From IMG/VR virus record IMGVR_UViG_3300023174_000130, positions 19,216-83,215 of that record: 64,000 nucleotides of DNA; one strand, 5' to 3'. The position numbers and the translations under genes are program-made. The notes under the pieces are model-generated. The model saw nothing but the letters and a program-made list of their open reading frames with translations, made no database searches and had not been told where the DNA came from. Shown here piece by piece: positions 41,015 through 50,900 of the stretch (positions are counted from its first letter, which is position 1; each line of letters begins with the position of its first letter). Source of the stretch: a virus.

Positions 41015-41060
41015 AGTATCTTCTTTCCCCAAGGATCTACCTTGGCCTATAAGTTCTAGT

Positions 41061-41088
41061 ATTATGTATCACAGTTTCATTTAGTCAA
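41061..41088 (-). promoter_or_regulatory. sigma70-like promoter for gp32, 16-bp spacer
   Basis: TTGACT-N16-CATAAT. Confidence 0.65.
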
Positions 41089-41314
41089 GCGGAAGCCGTT
41101 TGGATTTCTTCTTCTTGAGCAAATGAAGATTGTTGGCTTCTTGTTGAATTTTTTCGACAATTGGTTTTGTTAGAAGTTTTCCAGCTGCGCTGGGATCCAG
41201 ACCCATTTCTTCTGAAATTTCTAACACACAATCCATAAATGTCATTTGTGTTATTTTTACTCTGTTTATAACTTTATTTGAAAATTGTTCTTTTGCGGAT
41301 TCATCTATGTACAT
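41081..41314 (-). CDS. gp33: late transcription coactivator
   Basis: FMDCVLEISEEMGLD..KLLTKPIVEKIQQEANNLHLL...RLPL. Confidence 0.85.
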   Translation of the reverse strand: MYIDESAKEQFSNKVINRVKITQMTFMDCVLEISEEMGLDPSAAGKLLTKPIVEKIQQEANNLHLLKKKKSKRLPLD

Positions 41315-41319
41315 ATTCT

Positions 41320-41347
41320 ATTATAGCATATAATTTAATCTATTCAA
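41320..41347 (-). promoter_or_regulatory. sigma70-like promoter for gp33, 16-bp spacer
   Basis: TTGAAT-N16-TATAAT-N5-ATG, with TG extension. Confidence 0.6.
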
Positions 41348-41398
41348 TATATAAAAGAGTCTAAATATTCTTGAAGAAGAAATTTAAAGGATAAAAAT

Positions 41399-42382
41399 AT
41401 GCCATTTCCATCACCTTATTATGGATCAGATTACGTAGTAATTAATAGCGGAGGCACCTTTGCCGTAGGTGCAGACCCTGTTACCAATATTTCTGGTGGC
41501 TATTCATACTATGTACAGTACTATAAATTGGGATTCGGTGCTACTGGTGCGTTTACTCCAGTTACTTCCAGCAATCCTTTCCCTGTAACCGTTGCAACTG
41601 GCCTAACAGCAACAATTTCTGGCTTTTCTGGCCCAATATCAATTGTAGGAACTGTAGGTGGACAGGCTGTTACAGTAGGGGGAAGCGTAGTTGTATCAGG
41701 TCTAACAGCATCTCCTGTATATGTACAAACTGCACCTAGCTGCAGAGTAGAAGTTACTGGTGGAAGATATTTAAGTAGACTTAATGACAGTGTTTCTGTT
41801 TTTGGACCAAGTGGAAGTACTTGGCTATATGCAAATCTAGTAGATAGTACGGGAACTCCAATTGGAAGTTCTGGTAACCCAATGTACACCAACATAATTG
41901 GTGCAACTATTAGCGTTACGATTAACCCCACCGTTGGTGTGACCAATCAATCTGGAACTGCCCTTAGAGTACAAGGGTTTACTGGTGGCACACCACTTTC
42001 AACAACTGTAGGCAATACTGTTGGAATTAATGACACCGCAATTCTTGCATCTATGGCAGGAATAAGCAATCAACTTGGAACTTTAAATACAAATCTTGGA
42101 ACTCTTGGAATTAGCAGACCAACCACGTTTATCAGTGGTAGATTAACCGCTACAACTGGTGTAACTGGATTATATCCTGCTGGATATACGACAATTTCTG
42201 GTATTAATATTAAAGCATCGTCATCCAATACCGATCTTGTTTATATAAACTCTGACGGTGTAGCTTCAATTGGATATGAATTGGATCCAGGACAAAATAT
42301 ATTCTTAAATGTTCAAAATCTTAGAACCATTTATTTAAGAGCAAAAACTTCTTCGCAAGTAGTTTCTTACATGGCTAGCTAA
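41399..42382 (+). CDS. putative virion structural (fibre/decoration) protein
   Basis: Gly/Thr/Val-rich beta repeats; C-terminal IKASSSNTDLVYI...GYELDPGQ; CTAAATA upstream. Confidence 0.7.
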   Translation: MPFPSPYYGSDYVVINSGGTFAVGADPVTNISGGYSYYVQYYKLGFGATGAFTPVTSSNPFPVTVATGLTATISGFSGPISIVGTVGGQAVTVGGSVVVSGLTASPVYVQTAPSCRVEVTGGRYLSRLNDSVSVFGPSGSTWLYANLVDSTGTPIGSSGNPMYTNIIGATISVTINPTVGVTNQSGTALRVQGFTGGTPLSTTVGNTVGINDTAILASMAGISNQLGTLNTNLGTLGISRPTTFISGRLTATTGVTGLYPAGYTTISGINIKASSSNTDLVYINSDGVASIGYELDPGQNIFLNVQNLRTIYLRAKTSSQVVSYMAS

Positions 42383-42384
42383 AA

Positions 42385-43707
42385 ATGAGTAGTGCAGCTT
42401 TAACAGTAGTAAAATCAACACAATCATTTACATTAGAATTTATTGGTTCTACTGCTGATCCTTGCTTGACCAAGGGTTATTTGGAGTCATCGCCACAAGT
42501 TCAACTAGTTGGAAACAGTTTTTTCTTTAATTATTCGCAAAGTAAAAACGTCAATGATTTTAAGTTTTTAAAATTATTTTTTGATAAACTTGGAGTCGGA
42601 TCTACTTTTTCTTTTAGTTCTGGTAAATATACAAATATTACTACTGGATCCGTATTATCTTGGGATGGTCAATTTACACTACAAGGAAAAACTGGGGCGT
42701 ATAACCAGTATCTATATTTTAGTGGATTATCTGGAACATCTGGGATTTCTGCTGGCATATATGATAGAAATCTTTTTACAACTCCAATTCAATTTACTGC
42801 TGTAACGGGTGGCACTGCTGCATTGCTAGTAAACAAATCACCGGATATGGATCCTTTGAATTTTACTTATCTGGGAATATACGGAAGTGATTATAGTTTT
42901 GAAGAATATTTGCAAGTTAACAACAGTACATTAAATCAAAAAAGAATACTTATTAAAAATGTATTGAAACTAAATGATGGGACAGAAGTAATTTATATTG
43001 ATCCAACTGTCAGTATAACAAATGAAAACTTATATTTTCAACAGTCAATGGTTGACATTTATATGAGAGGAGTTTTGACTCCCGATGACATCAACTATGA
43101 TCAAACATTAAATGGAATTCTTAGAATTTCAAATACATATCCGGGTGTTTATACTCAACTACTTGAAAATCAAAATAAACAACAATTTTTATTAAGACAA
43201 CTTTTAAATCCAGTATATCCAGTAAATTATTATTGGTATCCAAATACTAAACTTGTTAATTTTAGTTCTGCTGACGTTGAAGCATATACGAATGCTAGCT
43301 ATGTTTTTGCTTCAATATTTCAACTTGTCTATGATACCAATTATATTCCAGTATTTTCTACTTCTGCAATTTTAGATGTTCCCACATTAATTGGTCAAGA
43401 AGTTTATAATACAATATTGATTGATAGCAATGACACTTCTGTTTTAAACTTTAGTCCTGGGAATAATAACACCACTAAAAACTTTAAAATAGATTTATCA
43501 GATTCTAGAAATATAGATTTAGATATTTCTGCTTATAGCGACTATGCATGTTCAGTTCCATTGACTAGAAATTTTAGAATCAATGGAACACCCGGTAGAG
43601 AAGGAGCGGCCTTCATTTATTATTCAGACCGCCCCGATTCTCTACAGAGCATTTATTTAAAACTTGAACGAGAAACAACTTTAATCTTGAGTGTGGTAAT
43701 TTCTTAA
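42385..43707 (+). CDS. hypothetical, probable virion protein
   Basis: 440-aa ORF co-oriented with 41399 gene; several GxTG/GxSG motifs. Confidence 0.65.
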   Translation: MSSAALTVVKSTQSFTLEFIGSTADPCLTKGYLESSPQVQLVGNSFFFNYSQSKNVNDFKFLKLFFDKLGVGSTFSFSSGKYTNITTGSVLSWDGQFTLQGKTGAYNQYLYFSGLSGTSGISAGIYDRNLFTTPIQFTAVTGGTAALLVNKSPDMDPLNFTYLGIYGSDYSFEEYLQVNNSTLNQKRILIKNVLKLNDGTEVIYIDPTVSITNENLYFQQSMVDIYMRGVLTPDDINYDQTLNGILRISNTYPGVYTQLLENQNKQQFLLRQLLNPVYPVNYYWYPNTKLVNFSSADVEAYTNASYVFASIFQLVYDTNYIPVFSTSAILDVPTLIGQEVYNTILIDSNDTSVLNFSPGNNNTTKNFKIDLSDSRNIDLDISAYSDYACSVPLTRNFRINGTPGREGAAFIYYSDRPDSLQSIYLKLERETTLILSVVIS

Positions 43708-43985
43708 ATTTCAACCCAAGTATAACTGTTTCCATCATAAAAATAAGAATAATACCTACCATTGGTATTCCATATTTGACCAACAACTGGATTTAATGGT
43801 GGATTATCGGAAGTATATATTTCTGATACTCCTTTATAATTCCAAGCATCTACTTGTTGTATTGGAGACAAGTATGTTGATTTTGCTGCTTCATATAGTT
43901 TTCCTTGAAACAGTATTGAATCACCTTTACTATAAACAAAAGCGGTTCCGTTGGAACTCTTAGATTTATAGTTTCCTTTAAACAT
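43704..43985 (-). CDS. small fibre-associated protein
   Basis: FKGNY..YSKGD..FQGKLY (carbohydrate-binding-like) plus PPLNPVVGQIW...YDGNSYTWVE. Confidence 0.6.
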   Translation of the reverse strand: MFKGNYKSKSSNGTAFVYSKGDSILFQGKLYEAAKSTYLSPIQQVDAWNYKGVSEIYTSDNPPLNPVVGQIWNTNGRYYSYFYDGNSYTWVEI

Positions 43986-43986
43986 T

Positions 43987-44289
43987 TTAGATTAATGTCT
44001 CGGATGATTCTTCGGTAGGAGCTTCTTGAACTTGAACATCGGGATTTACCCACTTTAGATAATATCCTGCCATGTCATCAGCCACATCTACAGCAAAAAT
44101 AATAGCCGAATCAGGAATAACTGTTCCTTCGCTAATTTTTGTGTATGGCAACCAATTTGCCAATCCTATCTTATATTCCTTTAAATGAACTAACATAGCT
44201 GGATCTTCCACATACCAGCCACCCTCTACTTTTTTTCCTTTAGAAATAACTTCTTCGCCAGACAACACTTTAAAATATACCAATTCCAT
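43987..44289 (-). CDS. Sm-like hypothetical protein
   Basis: KVLSGEEVI..DPAML..GLANWLPY; paralog of 54146..54457. Confidence 0.7.
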   Translation of the reverse strand: MELVYFKVLSGEEVISKGKKVEGGWYVEDPAMLVHLKEYKIGLANWLPYTKISEGTVIPDSAIIFAVDVADDMAGYYLKWVNPDVQVQEAPTEESSETLI

Positions 44290-44311
44290 AATGTACCTTT
44301 CTTTATATTAA

Positions 44312-44947
44312 TTATACGTGTTTTACACGCTTTGCAAACTGTTTAGCTGCACCACATCCACATCCACCTGGTTTTTTATTATCGGGAGATGTGTTTGGAT
44401 TCATAGTCGGAGCTCCGCTGTATTGATTGTATGTTTCAAATCTTTGATTAATCATATTTAATTTAACATTTTCAATTATTTCTTCTTCTGCAGATTTGGT
44501 TTTTTCTTCATCTATTTTTTGATTTTTAAATTCTTTAATTTTAGAAAGATCTATTTCATTCCTATAACTCAATTTATCAAATTTAAAAAATATTACTGGA
44601 ACTTTAAACCATTTATTAAATTTAATTCGTCTTGCTTCGCAGCCACAGTTTCCATTTGTTAATTTAATTATTAATTTTTTAATTCCAGTTTTTTTAGTAA
44701 TAAAGTCTATTATATCACCAATATGTAAACTTACAAAATTTAATTTAATTTTAAATACTTTTTGAAATTGAAAATTTATATCTATTACTTTATAATAAAT
44801 ATAATTTTTTTCTTCTTTTATATCATCATTATATCTATCAGCATCAAATGTAGTTTCTAATCCTACACGAGGATCAATACTTAAAGTATTATTACCATAT
44901 GCTGAGTGCATTGTTTTAGATACAAAAACATTTTCGTTATAATTCAT
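44312..44947 (-). CDS. hypothetical protein with CGC motifs
   Basis: IGDIIDFITKKTGIKK...NCGCEARRIKFN and C-terminal GCGCG. Confidence 0.65.
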   Translation of the reverse strand: MNYNENVFVSKTMHSAYGNNTLSIDPRVGLETTFDADRYNDDIKEEKNYIYYKVIDINFQFQKVFKIKLNFVSLHIGDIIDFITKKTGIKKLIIKLTNGNCGCEARRIKFNKWFKVPVIFFKFDKLSYRNEIDLSKIKEFKNQKIDEEKTKSAEEEIIENVKLNMINQRFETYNQYSGAPTMNPNTSPDNKKPGGCGCGAAKQFAKRVKHV

Positions 44948-44984
44948 ATAATACCTTTCATGTTATTTATGTCAATTGTACACA

Positions 44985-47900
44985 TTATTCTTCTATAACA
45001 AAACATTGCATATTGGCTGTTTTTCCAAATGGCTGTGGTACTCCTTCTTCAGAAGGTATACATACTGCTTCAAATGGTCCAGATTCAGTTTGTCCATCCA
45101 TACCTATAAAACATAGTGCTGTACCAACAGTAAGTCCACCACAATTTAAACTACTATAATCCGAATAAACATCGTCGTATATTCTCCAAAGTCTGGGTAT
45201 ACCACTAATTGGTACAGGTTCTTCGGCTTCCGTTCCCATTCCGGGCAATGGTTTTGTTGATGGATAGTAGTTGATAGGATCATCTAAAGAATATTCTTTG
45301 TCTACTCGGTATATTAAATTTGGATTTAATCTACAACAGAATTTACATCCCGGACAAGAACGGTCATTGTTTGGGCAGCTTCCTGTTGGATATAAATCTC
45401 TAGGACAATCACAGCAACCACCTCCACTTGATGCAAAAGATGATCTATCTCCACACCAACAATTGCATGCAAAAGTCATTCCAGGTGGAAGAGGTCCAGT
45501 ATATCCTGTGAATGAAACTAGAGGACCCAACCAATCATCTGTCTTAGCAGCATCCATGTATAAAATTTTATTAAAGGATCCATTAATACTGTCATTCATA
45601 AAACCATTAATAGATATTGGAGGTGGTGCATCAGTACAGAATTTTCTGCCATAAGAATGTGCCCATCCTCCAGGACCAACTAAATTTTCTACAGAGGATT
45701 GACATACACTTGCTCCATTCCCTGATCCACAAGGATTTTCAGTTCTACAAGGATCATCATTGGGAACAACTTTGCAAATATCACATGCTGTGCCTACTAT
45801 AGATTGTGATAAATGTTTTTTTAGTGTATAAAGAGTTCTTCCACCAACATAAACATATGGATATGACATAGTCGATTCTACATTATATGCTTTTGGAATT
45901 GAATTTTTTGGTGTCATTAACTCATTAATAAGTTCTGATGATGTCATACCATAAACGCCACTGGGAACAGGATAGTTATTTCCGACATAATGATTTCTAT
46001 ATGGTATTGGTGCTGTTTGAACTTCATATAAAGAAGTTTCAGCATTGTAACCATAATAATAATTACGTTTAGCATAAAAGAATCCAGTAATATTTGTTTT
46101 AACTACACCACAACATTGTCCTAGTCCAGTATCCATATTATCACTAGATACTTTTCCAAATCCTTTTGCTGATTGTATAAAATAATCTTTATTTGAATTG
46201 AAACCTATTCGGCCATTAACATTACCAAAACATCTTTCGCCAAAATATGGTCCACCACTACAATCATAAGCTTGTTTTTCTCGTCTACTTGGAGGACAGC
46301 CACATACTGCATCATTACACTTGCAAAACGGTGTTCCGCGACCGGGTGTAAATCCATAGCCACTAAATGCAAATGCAGAAGGACTTCCGTCACCAATCCA
46401 GCATATATCTCCACCAAAACATGCTCCAAATTCATTATTTAAATTTCGATTAGCAGTGGCAATTGAACTATTTGGATCACCACCATTGCCATTTTCAGTA
46501 TTTGGCCTTAAACCATCTCTACCATCCCTATCACGCAACATACCACATCCTTTACCGGGATATGGTTCATACGTGTGAAGAGGAGTAGCTTGCTGTATAC
46601 GTCTCCAATCTGGTCGCATCCAATAATATTGAGGATGCCCAGAAAATGATCTATTTAAATCATGAGTCTTTGTATAGTAGACACTGGTCAGATCTACATT
46701 ACCAACAATATTTTGAGATATTTCGCTTTGTATAGAATTACAAGGCATACCAAAAAACCATTTTGAAAAATCCCATCTTCCAGGAACTGCTCTAAAAAAT
46801 GCTTGAGTTCTAAAATAGATAGGTAAATCACCAAAATTTTTAAATTGCAATTTGGAATGATCTACATCAAACGATGAAGCTTTCCATGTCTGTGCTTGTG
46901 TACCTGATGTAAAGATTGTTGACACACTTCCAGATGTAAAAGATAAATCACTATAATCATTTTTACCAATTCCAGCAGTAAGTCCTCTATTTGCATCTGG
47001 TCTTGGAAATATTTCAATTCTTGTCTTTGAAGAATTCTTTCTTCTATAAACAACTCCAATGGCATTTGGGCCAGCAGTAATTTTATCTATTTTATCATAA
47101 TTTTTTGCATAAAACGCAGTAAGACCAGAATAAGTAACACCAGATACTGCTGTTACCATTTCAGAATTTCCCCATACAACTAATCTATGCTTGTCTCCAG
47201 CTTTTCTTGCCATAATACTGTAATCTGGACCACCATCTATTGCAAATATACTAGCAGAACTGAATATTGTTTTGTCTGCTGTTGTATATACTTTATATTT
47301 TGAATGATCCCAATTTTCACCACAATTTTCTTGGGTTGCGCAAATATCACTACATCCAGTTACACCACCAGCAGGCCCAAGCTTCCATTCATCTGGAAAT
47401 ATTTCACTATGAGGTAAAAATACTGGTATAGGATTATTATTTGTAAAACTATTTTCTTCATTTAATGGTTCTCCATCTTCATCTACTTTTACATATGATC
47501 CCCATATTTTTAAATTATTGTCATCAGATAATGCAATACTATGATAATGACCTGCTGCAACTTGCGTGTATACGGGAACATCTGGCTCAATTGCTTTTAT
47601 GCAACTATATCCCCATTCTGCGCCACAAGAATTTTTACTAGCTCCTAATAAATTTCCTTGATCGATGCTTGGTTGAAATAATTGGCATCTAATATCACAA
47701 GGAATAGCATTTTCTCCTTCACTCCAAGATACGCTACCTACTGGTTGATTACTATTTACACAATGAGTGATATTCCACCATTCTTTATTTTCTGGTAAAG
47801 ACAGAGTAGAATTTCTTTGTATTAAAGTATTCCATTCATCTTCTGTAAAATATCCTGGTTTTGGAAGATGATAATAATAAAATAATGCTTGATATCCATT

Positions 47901-50900
47901 TGGAGCAGCTAGTTGTTGCGTACCCCTTTTTTCAGCAAGCTCTCTTTTTCCTGATATTGTTGGATATCCATACGATGATTGATTATATGTATTATCACTA
48001 GTTGGAGTTGCAAACAAAGAACCACCAGATGTTATTGCAATAGTATGTTTAACTCCACATGCTACATCTTTCCATATAAAAAATTTATTATTAAGATCGT
48101 ATCTAAATTGATTTACACCAGGATAACAATTTGCTTGAATATAATCAGAAATGTAACGAGTATCATCATAAAAAATTCCATAATCGATATCAGCATCATC
48201 TCCTCCACCATTTCCCTTTCCCCACGCTTTCAAAACATACATTTCATTGCTGTTTGACTCAGCACAACTAAATGAACCAGATGGATATATAAAAAATGGT
48301 GTACCAACAATTTCCCAACCAGAATTTGAAAATTTCTTTCGTTTGTAATTAGTTTCATTGCATCCAGGATTTACGTGCCATAAATTTGGACCAGAGACAA
48401 CACCTTCTGTATATTCCACCAAAGCAACAGCAAATTTTCCTTTTGAAGATATTTTTTCTACTCTTCCATCTGGAAGAGTAAAATTTTGATTTTCTTCTTC
48501 ATATATTATTCCAAGTTCGGGTGCTACCGATAAATTACATGGAACTGCTCCAACATCCGTATCAAAATAATTTCCATCGCATATTGGTTGAATATCACCA
48601 GTAGGACATGGAGGTTCAACATCTACTTGTATATTTGCATATTCTGGTGAGCAACCTACATCTGCAGGATCTCCACTGGGTGGTACTGATCCTCGTCCAA
48701 ATGCTCTGACCTTTCCATTTGTTGTTACGGCAAACCAAGTTTGTTGACCACCAAAGAGAGAGGTATATGCTAGAAGATCGTCGGGATCTTGATTAGATTT
48801 AACATTTAAAACACTTTCTTTGGTATCACATATACCTGCTCCAGTGCATCCCCATGTTGTCAAACCTGCTCCAATAGGTGTTGGCCATAATTTGGCTCTA
48901 CGCGGACCAGCAAACATTGGACCTGGAATACCACTAACAAGATTTTCTTGCCTTGGATTGATTAAATTATTTTTCATCAATTTAGCAGTAACATATGGTT
49001 TTAATGCTGCCCAAATGGTAAAATCATCTTTATCAGAAAAATTGGCTTCTGGATTGTCTGCTAAGATTTTTCCTTCCAACCAATTAATCATTTCATAATA
49101 TCCAGTTTTCTTACCTAAGAAAGCTTCGACATCTGCATCAAGAAATACTGGATCAGGGCGCCCATCTGCTGGTGGGTGTTCTGGATCTATTGGTTCTAAT
49201 TCTACACTATCTAATAATTCTATTAATTCTGTGGCTATATCTCCTGCATGATCTTTAACACTGATAACATTGTATCGTATCATTTCTTTTAACCATGCTG
49301 TTACATATTCGTAATCATCTACATCATTTGATTCTACTACAGGTTCATTATAAATGGTCTCTCCTGGATCTGTAATTTTATTATAAAAATAAAGATAAAA
49401 TTTTTCTATAAAATCTTCTCCACTAAAGAAATTTCCATTTACAACAACATTTTTAGCTATAGAAATTTTTTCCATAGCATGTAAATCAGAATGAAACAAA
49501 GGAACAACTGAAGATCCATACATTACTCTGCGAGGGAAACTACGCATAGCCTGATATCTAAATGCTTCTCTAGGATCATATATAAAATTATTTTTTGTCC
49601 ATCTGCCAGCATATGGTCTTTCATATGGAGTTATTAACATATTACAATGATTCATGGGTATCGGTGGAGCCGGTGTAAACAGTGCTTTACTATGATACGC
49701 CCAGGATTCAAAATGATGATCCATACCAATCAAACCAACCATTTTATGGAATAAATTACTTTTTTTATTAAAAGTCTTTTTAAACGATGCATTATTCCAA
49801 CCATATTTACCTGGTGAGATTATAGTAGGTGAATAAAATGGACCTAATACTTCTTGTTCTTTTGCTACTGTTGATCCATAATGAAAAACATCTTTGGCAG
49901 CAGGATATAATCTTTGAGATATTCTACTCAAATAAGGAGATATTCCTCTTGCAAAACATTGTTTGTTATAATTTGGATTGAACAAAGGAGTATTTGCATT
50001 CTCACCTTGTGTTCCAATATTACAATATGATCCTAAAGTTGGAGAAGATTTTCCAAAACCACTTGCTTTTGGCCAAGCTGCTCTAGCATTTCTTCTAGCA
50101 TCTAAACCACCATAACATGCAGAAGTTGTTGGATTTGATGTATTTGCACAAGAACAACAACCAGCTTCGCTGACAAACATTGGTGGAGCAAATGGCTCTT
50201 GTGAAGGAATATAGCCACCTTGTTGTACTCTTTGAGAAACATTAAAAGATTTTCTAGCAGTATCTACTAAACCACCACTTAAATGTGGATATCTCATACA
50301 TTGACATGGATATGTTGTTCTATCTCTGCATTTACATGCTATGCCAGTTGGACAATTACCAAACGCATAATGGGCCATGCAACTAAGACAAGGAGTTCCA
50401 TCACTACCATCTGCTTCATATCCACTACCAGATAATAAAAAGTCACATGTCTTTAATCCAGAAAATAGTGATTGAGTTTTTTTCCATCCCGATCCTTGTG
50501 CAATTTTTGTTTGATAATTAAAAATATATTCTGGTGGATACCAAACCATATGACATCCAGTATATCGATATATAAAATATAATGGAGCGGCGCCCGGTGA
50601 TCCTCCATTAACAGGACAAACTCCGCATTGCCAAGGTTTACCTTGTAAACCATCCTCATTAATAGGACCATTTTCGCCAGGTCCAATCTCTGGAATAATA
50701 AAAGAATTTACAGAACTTATTAATCCTGATCCACCGGGTGTTTGATTGGGTGCAGGAATTGTTGGTGGATATTTTGTTTCTGGACCAAAGAAATTATTTA
50801 ATTCGGCACCACCGTTTGTTAATAATCTAGATTGATCTAAAGTAGTTAGTAATGGATCAAGTTCTGCAACTAAACCATTTCCATTTACTAATATATTTCC

